This document shows positions 9,602 to 19,573 of a stretch of 64,000 bases of DNA, one piece after another. Source of the stretch: an uncultured Thermoleophilia bacterium (lineage in GTDB: Bacteria; Actinomycetota; Thermoleophilia; UBA2241); contig CAVPCT010000006.1 in assembly GCA_963702475.1 (NCBI GenBank), positions 32,001 through 96,000 of the forward strand, in the 5' to 3' direction. The notes beneath the pieces are model-generated. The model had not been told where the DNA came from. It saw nothing but the letters and a program-made list of their open reading frames with translations, and did no database searches. The position numbers were made by a program, and so were the translations under genes. Positions within the stretch are counted from its first letter, which is position 1. Each line of letters opens with the position of its first letter.

Positions 9602-10600
9602 ATGGCGACGCCCCCCGGCAGCACGCATTCCTCGCGCCGACGCGCGCTCGTCGCCGACCTGCTGCTCTTCAGCGTCGCCGTCTTCTGGGGCAGCAACTTC
9701 GTGCTCATCAAAGACGCCGTCGAGCGCACCAGCGTCATCGCCGGCGGCAGCATCGTGGCCGGCACCATGCTCTACCTGCTGTGGCGCTACCTGTTCGCCA
9801 CGGCCGTGTTCTGCGCTGCGCGCCCAAAGGCGTGGCTCACGGCGGCCCGCCGCGATTGGGGCAGGGGCGCCGTGCTGGCGTCCTTCTACCTGGGCGGCCT
9901 CATCGTGCAGACCATCGCGCTGCAGCGCACCTCGCCTGGCGTCTCCGGCTTCATCACCGCACTCAGCGTGGCCATGGTCCCCTTCCTCTACTGGGCGATC
10001 GCCCGGCGCTCGCCGGGGCCGTGGCAGATCATCGGCGCCGTGATCGCCACCGTCGGCCTCACGGCGCTCTCGCTGCAGGGCGACTTCTCGATCCGCTGGG
10101 GCGACGCCCTGACCCTGCTCGGCTCGTTCCTGTACGCGCTGCACATCATCGGCACGGGGTTCTTCGCGCCGAAGATGCAGCCCGCCACGCTGGCGGCGAC
10201 GCAGATGATCGTCTCCGCCGCCGCCATGGTCGTGCTGACGCCGCTGTTCGGGACAGTGACCGCGGACCTGCCCTGGCAGGTCTGGGCGGTGGTCGTGTGG
10301 ACCGCTCTCAGCGGCACGATCTACGCCTTCTTCATCCAGAGCTGGGCGCAGCGCTACACGACGTCCACGCACGCCGCGATCCTGCTGGGGTTCGAGAGCG
10401 TGTTCGCGGCGCTCACCGGCGTGCTGGTGGGCATGGACCAGGTGACCTGGCGGCTGCTCGTGGGCGGCTCGCTGATGCTCACTGGCGTCTTCATCGTCGA
10501 ACTGCTGCCTTCGGGCAAAGGCGTCGTGGCGGAGATAGAGGCGGAGGAAGGGGCGCCGGGCCGGACGGCTGCCGGCGACGGGACCGGGGACGACGCATGA
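9602..10600 (+). CDS. DMT/EamA family transporter
   Basis: FWGSNF, about 10 hydrophobic segments, GDALTL, ESVFA. Confidence 0.88.
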   Translation: MATPPGSTHSSRRRALVADLLLFSVAVFWGSNFVLIKDAVERTSVIAGGSIVAGTMLYLLWRYLFATAVFCAARPKAWLTAARRDWGRGAVLASFYLGGLIVQTIALQRTSPGVSGFITALSVAMVPFLYWAIARRSPGPWQIIGAVIATVGLTALSLQGDFSIRWGDALTLLGSFLYALHIIGTGFFAPKMQPATLAATQMIVSAAAMVVLTPLFGTVTADLPWQVWAVVVWTALSGTIYAFFIQSWAQRYTTSTHAAILLGFESVFAALTGVLVGMDQVTWRLLVGGSLMLTGVFIVELLPSGKGVVAEIEAEEGAPGRTAAGDGTGDDA

Positions 10601-10860
10601 CGCACGTGGACCACCGGCCGCGAGGGGGCGGCTCGGCCGGCCGGCCAAGCGCGCCACAGGATCTGCCGCCCAGCGCCCGCCGCATCCTGCGCGCCGCGCA
10701 GGACATCCTCGCCGAGCGCGGCTGCGCGGAGCTGACGATGACCGCCATCTCGCAGGTGACCGGCCTGAACCGCGCCCTCGTCTCGTACTCCTTCGGCGGC
10801 AAGGCAGGTCCGCTCAGGGCGCTCGCCGAGACGCTCTTCCACGACTCGGAGGTGGGGCTT
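10597..10860 (+). pseudogene. TetR-family regulator N-terminal fragment
   Basis: RRILRAAQDILAERG...TAISQVTGLNRALVSYSFGGK HTH; the coding signal is lost after ~10860 and no ligand domain follows. Confidence 0.6.
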
Positions 10861-11054
10861 GTAGCTGATGTGGCGAGCTGTGGTCGCGAGCTTCCTCGGG
10901 CTTCCGGGCGCGTGACCCGGGCCACGCGCACGCGCGGCTGGTCACGCTACCCCGGTCGCTTGACAGCCCGCTCTCAACCGGCCATTCAGTTCTGCGTCAC
11001 CGTCGATCAGCGGCCGCGCGGAGCGCTACCGGCCGTCCCGGGAGGAGGAGACCC

Positions 11055-12110
11055 ATGAGTGCAACGTCCCAGAGCGGCCCCGCCTACGCCGTCGACCCGG
11101 CCGCGCTGCCCGGCTTCGCCGCCCTGCGCGGCCGCCACTACTTCACCGACCAGGAGTTCACGCGCGAGGAGCTCCTGGGGCTGCTGGACCTGGCCGTCGC
11201 CCTCAAGGCGCTGTACCGTCGCCGGCCGCTCACGCCATTCCTGCCGGGGCGCACGCTGGCGATGATCTTCGAGCACCCGTCCACGCGCACCCGCATCAGC
11301 TTCGAGGCCGGGATGACCGAGCTGGGCGGCCACGCCCAGTACCTGCGGCCAGGCGAGATCCACCTGGGCGGCCACGAGACGGTCGCCGACACGGCGCGCG
11401 TCATCAACCGCCTGGTCGACGCCATCATGGCGCGCACCGCGTTCCACACGACCCTCGTCGAGCTCGTCGCGAACGCGACGGTGCCGGTCATCAACGGCCT
11501 CACCGACGACTACGACCACCCCGTGCAGTCGCTGACCGACGCGCTCACGATCCTCGAGCACCTCGGCACCGTGCAGGGCCTCACGTGCGCCTTCGTCGGC
11601 AAGTGCGCCGACGCCATGGGCACCTCGGTCGCGCTCACGATGACCAGGCTCGGGAGCAGCATGGTCATGGCCGGTCCGCCCGAAGAGCAGGTGACGCCCG
11701 CGGTGGAGGCGCTCGCACGCGCCAACTGCGCGCTGTCCGGCGCCTCCCTCATCCTCACCGACGACGCCGCTGAGGCGGTCTCTCAGGCCGACGTGGTGTT
11801 CACCGTCGGCTGGTGGTGGATGCAGCCCGAAGACGAGGTGAACGAGCTGCGCCGCATCCTGGGGCCGTACCAGGTGAACGAGCAGCTGTGGGCGCACGCC
11901 AAGCCCGGCGCGAAGTTCATGCATTGCCTGCCGGCGGTGCGCGGCGAGGAGATGACCGACGGAATCCTCGATGCACCGTTCTCGATCGTGCTCGACGAGG
12001 CCGAGAACCGCAAACACCTGCAGAAGGCCCTGTTGCTGGCGCTGATCGGCATCGACGACCTGCCGCCGGATCCGGAGCTGCAGCCCATCGGCCGGACGCT
12101 GCTCCGCTGA
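11055..12110 (+). CDS. Ornithine/putrescine carbamoyltransferase family protein with an atypical acceptor site
   Basis: PSTRT, HPVQ, HCLP, EAENR motifs; GGAGGAG RBS. Confidence 0.9.
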   Translation: MSATSQSGPAYAVDPAALPGFAALRGRHYFTDQEFTREELLGLLDLAVALKALYRRRPLTPFLPGRTLAMIFEHPSTRTRISFEAGMTELGGHAQYLRPGEIHLGGHETVADTARVINRLVDAIMARTAFHTTLVELVANATVPVINGLTDDYDHPVQSLTDALTILEHLGTVQGLTCAFVGKCADAMGTSVALTMTRLGSSMVMAGPPEEQVTPAVEALARANCALSGASLILTDDAAEAVSQADVVFTVGWWWMQPEDEVNELRRILGPYQVNEQLWAHAKPGAKFMHCLPAVRGEEMTDGILDAPFSIVLDEAENRKHLQKALLLALIGIDDLPPDPELQPIGRTLLR

Positions 12111-12157
12111 TCCGGGCGCGCGTGCCGACCGGACCGTCGACGAAGGGGAGACCGGGC

Positions 12158-12745
12158 ATGCCACTGATCGACCGTGACGATTCGCTGCTGGTCGTGATCG
12201 ACCTGCAGCCCGCGTTCTGGGGGGAGCGTCTGACGGCAGAGGACGGGGAAGCGGTCAGTGCCGCGGCGGCGCGCGCGGCCTGGCTCGCGGCCGCGGCCCG
12301 CGCGCTCGGAGTCCCGGCCGTCGTGACGGAGGAGGATCCGCAGAGAAACGGGCCGACGGACCGGGCGGTCCTGGACGCCGTCGGCCCCGGTTCCCCGGTG
12401 TTCACGAAGCCCGTGTTCGGCCTCGCCGCTTGCGCCGACATCATGGCTGCGCTGGATGCGCGCGGCCGTCGGAGCATCGCTCTCGTGGGGTTCGAGACCG
12501 ACGTCTGCGTGACACACTCCGCCGTCGGGCTTGCTGAGGCGGGCTACCGGCCGGTCGTCGTCGAGGACGCGGTGTACTCGCCCTTCGGGGCTCAGGCACC
12601 CGGTCTGCGACGTCTGCGCGCTCTCGACGTGGAGACCGTCCACTGCAAGGGGCTCTACTACGACTGGGTCCGCACGCTCGAGGCCGCCCTGGCGTTCGAG
12701 CGCCGGAACCCGGGGCTGGCGGCCCCGCCAGGGTTCTCCCTGTAG
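12158..12745 (+). CDS. Isochorismatase-family cysteine hydrolase
   Basis: LVVIDLQ, K, GFETDVCV catalytic triad pattern. Confidence 0.85.
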   Translation: MPLIDRDDSLLVVIDLQPAFWGERLTAEDGEAVSAAAARAAWLAAAARALGVPAVVTEEDPQRNGPTDRAVLDAVGPGSPVFTKPVFGLAACADIMAALDARGRRSIALVGFETDVCVTHSAVGLAEAGYRPVVVEDAVYSPFGAQAPGLRRLRALDVETVHCKGLYYDWVRTLEAALAFERRNPGLAAPPGFSL

Positions 12746-12828
12746 GATCGCGACAGGGGCGGCCGCTGCGTGTGCCGCCCTTGTGCGCCGCCCGGTAGAC
12801 TGCCCGCACCACGGAGAAGGGAAGCTGT

Positions 12829-13752
12829 ATGACGCGCGAGGTGACGCTGGCGGCGACCCAGTACGCGTGCAGCTGGGACAGAGACGGCAATCTGGACACG
12901 GCCGAGCGCCTCGTGCGTGACGCGGCCGGTACTGGGGCGCAGATCGTCCTGCTGCAGGAGCTCTTCGCGACGCCGTACTTTCCCGTCACGCAGGAGGCGC
13001 GGCACTTCGATCTGGCCGAGCCCGCGCGGGGCGGTCAGCTGGTCGCACGGTTCGCGCGGCTGGCCGGTGAGCTCGGCGTCGTGCTGCCGGTGAGCTTCTT
13101 CGAGCGCGCCGGCCAGACGTTCTTCAATTCGGTCGCCGTCGTCGATGCAGACGGCTCCATGCTCGGTGTCTACCGCAAGAGCCATCTGCCCGACGCGACC
13201 GGCTACCAGGAGAAGTACTACTTCGCGCCTGGCGACACGGGCTTCCGCGTGTGGGACACCGCGTTCGGCCGCATCGGCGTCGGTATCTGCTGGGACCAGT
13301 GGTTTCCCGAGAGCGCTCGCGCGATGGCGTTGCTCGGGGCAGAGGTGCTGCTCTACCCGACGGCGATCGGCAGCGACCCGCCCACGCCCGGCGACGACTC
13401 ACGCGACGCCTGGCGGCTCGTGCAGCGCGGTCACGCGGTCGCCAACGCCGTGCCGCTGGTGGCCGCCAACCGCATCGGGCTGGAGAGGGCGCCGGCCGCC
13501 GGCGACGAGCCGGCCGGCGCCGCAGCTCCCGGCGCCGACATCGCCATCCGCTTCTACGGCTCGTCCTTCATCACCTCGGAGACCGGCGCGCTCCTGGCGG
13601 AGGCGTCACGCGACGGCGAGGAGGTCGTCACGGCCACGGTCGACCTCGACGCAACCCGACGCCACCGCGAGTACTGGACGTTCTTTCGCGACCGCCGGCC
13701 GGACTTGTACGGGCCCCTGCTCACGCTCGACGGCGAGCAGGGTAACCTGTAG
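12829..13752 (+). CDS. aguB: N-carbamoylputrescine amidase
   Basis: LLQELF, YRKSHLPD, GYQEKYYF, ICWDQWFPE, YPTAIGS, RDRRPDLY. Confidence 0.88.
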   Translation: MTREVTLAATQYACSWDRDGNLDTAERLVRDAAGTGAQIVLLQELFATPYFPVTQEARHFDLAEPARGGQLVARFARLAGELGVVLPVSFFERAGQTFFNSVAVVDADGSMLGVYRKSHLPDATGYQEKYYFAPGDTGFRVWDTAFGRIGVGICWDQWFPESARAMALLGAEVLLYPTAIGSDPPTPGDDSRDAWRLVQRGHAVANAVPLVAANRIGLERAPAAGDEPAGAAAPGADIAIRFYGSSFITSETGALLAEASRDGEEVVTATVDLDATRRHREYWTFFRDRRPDLYGPLLTLDGEQGNL

Positions 13753-13785
13753 CGCACAGCCCGCAGCCGTCCAGGGAGGCAGCAC

Positions 13786-14178
13786 ATGACCGCACAAGGA
13801 TCCCCACGGGGCCTCATCGCCTGCCCTCCCCACGAGTTGCACGAGGTGGGACCGCGCCTGCTCGTCGACGCGCTCGAGGCCGACGGTTGGGAGATCGACT
13901 TTTTCGGGGTGAGGACGCCGCTGACGAAGGTCGTCGCGGCGGTCCGCGAGCGTCGCTCACGGTTCATCGGCTTGACGTGCGCCATACCGAGGAACCTCGA
14001 CGGCCTCAGGGACACGATCCGCGACCTGCGCGACGATCTGGGCGCGGCGTGCCCGCCGATCATCGTGGGCGGCAGCGTGTTCCGCGGCGACCCGGACCGG
14101 TGGAAGGAGTCCGGCGCGGACCTGTTCGCGCCGGACCTGGACGCCGCCGTCGAGCTGCTGCGCGCGTACAAGGGGTAG
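13786..14178 (+). CDS. Stand-alone cobalamin (B12)-binding domain protein
   Basis: ELHEVG (E/D-x-H-x-x-G), IGLT, IIVGG, GADLFAPD; no cap domain. Confidence 0.78.
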   Translation: MTAQGSPRGLIACPPHELHEVGPRLLVDALEADGWEIDFFGVRTPLTKVVAAVRERRSRFIGLTCAIPRNLDGLRDTIRDLRDDLGAACPPIIVGGSVFRGDPDRWKESGADLFAPDLDAAVELLRAYKG

Positions 14179-14327
14179 GCGCCGCGTGTTGTCCCGGGCA
14201 GATGCTGCCACCGGCCTGGGTGCGCGCCCGGTCGAGCCGCGCCTGGCCGAGGGATAGACTCTGGGGCGGGCGGGGCCCGGAGGGCCGATCCCGCCCCACA
14301 CCGCGTTCCGCACCTACGGGAGGCGCC

Positions 14328-15560
14328 ATGCCCGACTTGCCGTACGAGGATGTCCAGATCGAGGGCCACCTCATCGACTCCCTCATGATGCCCCAGATCA
14401 TGGACCGCGTGATGGACCTCGAGGGCGAGTTCGAGATGCTCTCGTTCGAGGTCGGACGCATGAAGAACGACCCGTCCCACGCCGTGATGCGCATCTTCGG
14501 ACGCGACGCCGCGCATCTGGACCAGCTGCTCAACGCCGTCACCGACTACGGCGTCGTGGCCGTGCGGCCGCAGGACGCCGTCCTCGAGCCCTGCGACATC
14601 GACGGCACGTTCCCCGAGCGCTTCTACTCGACCACCAATCTGGTCACGTTCGTGCGTGTGGGCGGGGACTGGATCCGCGTCGAGAACCCCGAGATGGACT
14701 GCGGTATCCGTGTCGACCACCAGGCCCGCCGGGCCGGGACGGTCGCCATGAGCGACGCCACGGCCGGCGACCTCTTCGTCACCGGCCACCGCGGCATCCG
14801 CGTGCTGCCGCTCGAGCGGCCGCGGGAGAGCCAGCCGTTCGAGTTCATGGCCTCCAACGTGAGCAGCGAGAAGCCCAAGGCGCAGATCGTGCACGAGGTG
14901 GCGCACATCCTCCGGCAGGTCAAGGAGGAGGGCCGGCTCACGATCGCCGTCGTCGGCCCGGCGGTGGTACACACCGGGGCGGCGCCGCAGCTGGCCCGCC
15001 TCATCGAGGCGGGCTACATCGGCGCCGTGTTCGGCGGCAACGCCGTCGCCACGCACGACATCGAGTCGTGCCTGTACGGTACCTCGCTCGGCATCCACCT
15101 CGGCGAAGGCCACCCTGTGCAGGGCGGCCACGAGCACCACCTGCGCGCCATCAACACCGTGCGGCGCGCCGGCGGCATCCGCGCCGCCGTGGAGCAGGGC
15201 GTCGTCACCAAGGGCCTGATGCACACGCTGGTCAAGACCGGCACGCCGTTCGTGCTGGCCGGCAGCATCCGCGACGACGGACCCATGCCCGAGGTGATCA
15301 CCGACACCATGGAGGCGCAGCGCGAGATGCGCCGGTACTGCCAGGAGGCCGGCGCCTGCCTCATGCTCAGCACCATGCTGCACAGCATCGCCGTCGGCAA
15401 CATGCTGCCGGCCTCGGTGCGCACGGTGTGCGCGGACATCAATCCCGCGGTCGTGACCAAGCTCGGCGACCGCGGCTCCTTCCAGGCCATCGGGATCGTC
15501 ACCGATGTAGGACTGTTTGTGGAGCAGCTCGCCGACGAGCTGGACCGGCCGGGGGGGTGA
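14328..15560 (+). CDS. TIGR00300 family (LOR/SDH-like; ornithine cyclodeaminase-type) protein
   Basis: EGHLIDS, FYSTTN, EMDC, FEFM..VSSE, GPAVVHTG, LAGSIRDDGP, DRGS. Confidence 0.9.
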   Translation: MPDLPYEDVQIEGHLIDSLMMPQIMDRVMDLEGEFEMLSFEVGRMKNDPSHAVMRIFGRDAAHLDQLLNAVTDYGVVAVRPQDAVLEPCDIDGTFPERFYSTTNLVTFVRVGGDWIRVENPEMDCGIRVDHQARRAGTVAMSDATAGDLFVTGHRGIRVLPLERPRESQPFEFMASNVSSEKPKAQIVHEVAHILRQVKEEGRLTIAVVGPAVVHTGAAPQLARLIEAGYIGAVFGGNAVATHDIESCLYGTSLGIHLGEGHPVQGGHEHHLRAINTVRRAGGIRAAVEQGVVTKGLMHTLVKTGTPFVLAGSIRDDGPMPEVITDTMEAQREMRRYCQEAGACLMLSTMLHSIAVGNMLPASVRTVCADINPAVVTKLGDRGSFQAIGIVTDVGLFVEQLADELDRPGG

Positions 15561-15565
15561 GGCAC

Positions 15566-17020
15566 GTGCGCCTCTACTCACGACTCGACGACGCACAGTG
15601 CGAGCGCCTGCACGAGGCCACGCTGCGGGTGCTCGCGCGGACCGGGCTCATCGTCGACGAGCCCGAGGCGCTCGAGCTGCTGAAGCGCGCGGGCGCGGAC
15701 GTGGATGGCACGCGGGTGCGCATCCCCGAGCGCCTCGTCGCCTGGGCGCTGGAACTGGCGCCGCGCGAGGTGACGCTGTACGGGCGCGGCGGCGAACCGG
15801 CCCTGACCTGTGGGGGCTACGAGTACTCCTTCGGCGCCGGCAGCGACTGCATCGAGTGCTGGGACCACCGTACCGGCGAGCGGCGCAGGGCGCTCCTCTC
15901 CGACGTCGTCGACGCCGCCCGCGTGCAGGACGCCTGCGAGCACCTCGACTTCGTGATGAGCCTGTTCACGCCGAGCGACGTGACGCCGGAGGCCATGGAC
16001 CGGCACCAGATGGCGGCCATGCTGCGGAACTCGACCAAGCCCGTCGTGTACGTGACCCTCAACGATCTGGACGCCCATCTTGACGTCACGGAGATGGCGG
16101 AGGCGGTGGCGGGCGGGCCGGACGCGCTCGCCGCCCGCCCGCTGGTCGCCTGCTACAAGAACACGCTGTTCCCGCTCGTGCACAACCGGGAGGCCGTGCG
16201 CACGCTGCTCGACCTGGCGGGCAGGAACCTGCCGTGCATCTACAGCCCGGTGAGCACGGCCGGCACGGTGGCGCCGATGACCGTGCTCGGCTCGACCGTG
16301 GTCGTCAACGCCGGCGTGCTCGCCGGCCTCGTGATGGCGCAACTCAAGCGCGCCGGAGCGCCGTACATCGCCATCGGCTGGGCCGGCGAGGCGCTGGACA
16401 TGCGCACCATGGTCGACATCTTCGCGTGGCCCGACCACCGCGCCGTGTACTCGAGCCTGCTGCACTGGTACGGCCTGCCGATGTGGACGCTCGGCGGCGT
16501 GACCGACAGCAAGCTGCCCGACCAACAGGCCGCCGCCGAGGCGGCGCTCACCCTGCTCGCCGACGCCGTGAGCGGCGGCCACATGATCCACGACATCGGC
16601 TTCATGGAATCGGCCTTCACAGGGTCGCTGACGCAGGTCGTGCTGTGCGACGACATCGCCGGCTGGGTGAAGGCCTTCCTGAAGCCGGTGGAGATCACCG
16701 ACGAGGAGCTCGGCCTGGATGTGATCGACGAGGTCGGGCCCGGTGAGCTCTTTTTGAAGCACAAGCACACGCGGGCGCACGCACGCGACCGCTGGCAGCC
16801 GCAGGTGTTCGACCGGCGCTCGCGCGAGGAGTGGCTGGCGGGCGCGGCCGGAGGGCCTGCGGTCGCCGGCCCGACCGGCGGCCTGGACGCCACAGCCGTG
16901 GCCGCCGCCCGCGTGGACCGCATCCTGGCGGAGCACGACGTACCCTCGCTGCCGCCGATGATCGACGCGGCCATCGAGGCCGTGATCGCGCGCGCCGAAG
17001 CGCGCGCCCGCACGGCCTGA
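15566..17020 (+). CDS. Trimethylamine methyltransferase (MttB) superfamily, non-pyrrolysine
   Basis: LHEATLRVL, APMTVLG, YGLP..GGVTDSKLPDQQA, EVGPGELFL.HKHT. Confidence 0.9.
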   Translation: MRLYSRLDDAQCERLHEATLRVLARTGLIVDEPEALELLKRAGADVDGTRVRIPERLVAWALELAPREVTLYGRGGEPALTCGGYEYSFGAGSDCIECWDHRTGERRRALLSDVVDAARVQDACEHLDFVMSLFTPSDVTPEAMDRHQMAAMLRNSTKPVVYVTLNDLDAHLDVTEMAEAVAGGPDALAARPLVACYKNTLFPLVHNREAVRTLLDLAGRNLPCIYSPVSTAGTVAPMTVLGSTVVVNAGVLAGLVMAQLKRAGAPYIAIGWAGEALDMRTMVDIFAWPDHRAVYSSLLHWYGLPMWTLGGVTDSKLPDQQAAAEAALTLLADAVSGGHMIHDIGFMESAFTGSLTQVVLCDDIAGWVKAFLKPVEITDEELGLDVIDEVGPGELFLKHKHTRAHARDRWQPQVFDRRSREEWLAGAAGGPAVAGPTGGLDATAVAAARVDRILAEHDVPSLPPMIDAAIEAVIARAEARARTA

Positions 17021-17071
17021 GCGCCTGAGGCTCGCGCCACGCATCTCAGGCGCTACCAAGCGCAGGTCAAG

Positions 17072-18121
17072 TTGCAAAGCCTCACCCGGTCGCTCTCCGG
17101 TGTCGACTACTTCGACTGCGACGACCTCGCCGTGCGGTCGGCGTTGCGCGATCCGATGCCGTTCCTGGCGGGGCTCCGCGGGCGGCGCGTCGTCCTCGAC
17201 GAGGTGCACCGCCTCGACGACCCCAGCACCATCCTCAAGAACGCGGCGGACCATTTCCCTGACGTGCGCATCGTCGCCACAGGCTCGTCGCGGATCTCCG
17301 CCTCGCGCAGGTTCCGTGATGCCCTCACGGGACGCAAGTACGAGCTCCACCTGCGCCCGCTGGCGCTGCCTGACCTGGAGCCCTTCGGCGACCCGAGCCT
17401 GCGGCATCGACTGACGGCAGGAGGACTCCCGGAGCACTTCCTCGCCGACCAGCCCGACGAAGCCTTTCGGGAGTGGCTGGATTCGTTCTGGGCGAAGGAC
17501 ATCCAGGAGTTGTTCCCGATCGAGTCCTTCGGACCGTTCCGCCGCTTCGTGGAGCTCCTTCTGGCCGACAGCGGCGGCGTGTTCGAGGCCACGCGGTTCG
17601 CCGCGGCGTGCGAGCTGAGCCGTCCGACCATCTCCCGGTATCTGGCCATCCTCGAAGCCACGCACGTTGCCAGCGTGGTCCGGCCGTTCACCACGCGCCG
17701 CGCGACAGAGATCGTGGCGGCTCCGCGCGTCTACGGCTTCGACACGGGGTTCGTGACGCACTACCGCGGGTGGCGCGACCTCAGGGACGAGGATCTCGGC
17801 GTTCTCTGGGAGCACTTCGTGCTCAACGAGCTGCTGGTGCGTCTCGACCTGGACCGCGCCCACTACTGGCGCGACAAGCGCGGGCACGAGGTCGACTTCG
17901 TCGTGGCCCGACCGGGCCGCGACCCCATCGCCGTGGAGTGCAAGTGGTCGCGTGCCCGCGCCGACGAGCTCGCCGGCATGGCGGCGTTCCGGCGGGCCTA
18001 CCCTGAGGGGGAGAACTATGTGGTCACCAGCGAGCCCGCGAGCCCGCTGCCGGTGAGCGCGTCGGGAGTTCGCGCGCTGGCGGTCTCGCTCGAAGGACTG
18101 GTCTCGAGGTTGGCCTCGTAA
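17072..18121 (+). pseudogene. AAA+ ATPase-DUF4143 protein, 5' truncated
   Basis: Walker B VVLDE, ATGSS, LTGR, GGLPE, EVDFVV..ECK are present; Walker A is absent. Confidence 0.7.
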
Positions 18122-18291
18122 GAGCCGGCTGCGAGCGCGGGTCTCACTCCGAAGTCGCCCCCCTCCTCCAACTCGGCGCTGGTCGTCTCCCGTCACGCGC
18201 CACCAGGGCCATCGGTGAGCGCGCGGCCGCAGCCGGGCGCGCGAGTATACTTCGAAGAAGACATCCAGACCCGTCATTGCGAGGTCCGCGC

Positions 18292-19503
18292 ATGAAGCCC
18301 CGACTCATCACCGACGACGTGTACCTGCTGGGAGCGGTCGACTGGGACCGCCGCCTGTTCGACGCGCTCATCCCCCTGCCCGACGGCACCAGCTACAACG
18401 CCTACTTCGTCCAGGGCCTCGAGAAGAACGTCCTGATCGACACCGTGGACCCCGCTAAGTGCCGCACCCTCATGGCGCAGCTCGACACCCTGCCGGCGCC
18501 GGACTACCTCGTCATCCATCACGTCGAGCAGGACCACTCCGGCTGTACGCCCGCGTTGCTGGAGCGGTACCCCGACCTCGTCGTGGTCTGCAACGAGAAG
18601 GCACGGGGGATGCTCGTGGATCACCTGCACATCGACGACGCCCGCGTCCGCGTCATCGCCGACGGGGACACGCTCGAGCTCGGCGGCAAGACGCTCACGT
18701 TCCTGTTCACCCCGTGGGTGCACTGGCCGGAGACGATGTGCACCTGGCTGGAGCAGGGCCGCATCCTGTTCAGCTGCGACTTCTTCGGCTCCCACTACGC
18801 CACCAACGACGTGTTCGCCGACAAGCATGAGGTGTACGACGGCGCCAAGCGGTACTACGCGGAGATCATGATGCCGTTCGGCGGCCAGGTGCTGAAGAAC
18901 ATCGACAAGGTCACCAGGTACCCCATCCGCTACATCGGTCCCAGCCACGGCCCGGTGTACGACGACCCGGCGTTCATCATCGAGGCGTACAAGGACTGGG
19001 CCGGCGGCGAACCCCAGAACATCGTGTGTCTGCCGTTCGTCAGCATGCACGACAGCACCCTGCTGATGGTCGACCACCTCACGTCGGCGCTCACCGACCG
19101 CGGCGTCGCCGTGGAGCGCTTCGACCTCACCTCGCTCGACGCCGGCGAGCTGGCGACCTCGCTCGTCCACGCCGGCACCATCGTGCTCGGCACGCCCACG
19201 GTGCTCACGGGGCCACACCCGCTCGCCGCGTACGCGGCGTTCCTCGCCAACGCGCTCAAGCCTCGGACGCGCTACGCCACGGTCATCGGCTCCTACGGCT
19301 GGGCCGGCAAGACGGTGGAGACGCTGGTCGGCATGATGGGCAAGCTCAAGGTCGAGTTTCTCGAGCCGGTGATGGCCAAGGGCCTGCCGCGGGCCGAGGC
19401 CTACGCGGCGCTGGACGCACTGGCCGACACCATCGCCGAGAAGCACAAGGAGCTGGCGCCCCGCAACTTCGCCGACCTCACGGTCTGCGGCACCGAGCGC
19501 TGA
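18292..19503 (+). CDS. fprA: Flavodiiron protein (FprA/rubredoxin:O2/NO reductase family)
   Basis: GTSYNAY, HVEQDH, HWPE, SCDFFG, PSHG, flavodoxin domain GSYGW. Confidence 0.93.
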   Translation: MKPRLITDDVYLLGAVDWDRRLFDALIPLPDGTSYNAYFVQGLEKNVLIDTVDPAKCRTLMAQLDTLPAPDYLVIHHVEQDHSGCTPALLERYPDLVVVCNEKARGMLVDHLHIDDARVRVIADGDTLELGGKTLTFLFTPWVHWPETMCTWLEQGRILFSCDFFGSHYATNDVFADKHEVYDGAKRYYAEIMMPFGGQVLKNIDKVTRYPIRYIGPSHGPVYDDPAFIIEAYKDWAGGEPQNIVCLPFVSMHDSTLLMVDHLTSALTDRGVAVERFDLTSLDAGELATSLVHAGTIVLGTPTVLTGPHPLAAYAAFLANALKPRTRYATVIGSYGWAGKTVETLVGMMGKLKVEFLEPVMAKGLPRAEAYAALDALADTIAEKHKELAPRNFADLTVCGTER

Positions 19504-19573
19504 GGCCGCGCGGCGCGACGGGGGCGCGGCCCTGCGTAGCGCCTGCCGCGCGGCTGTCCAGTAGAGTCGCTGC

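Noticed and set aside
15566-17020. Pyrrolysine-containing MttB
   Set aside because: The ORF is uninterrupted, with no amber codon and no pyl genes in the window
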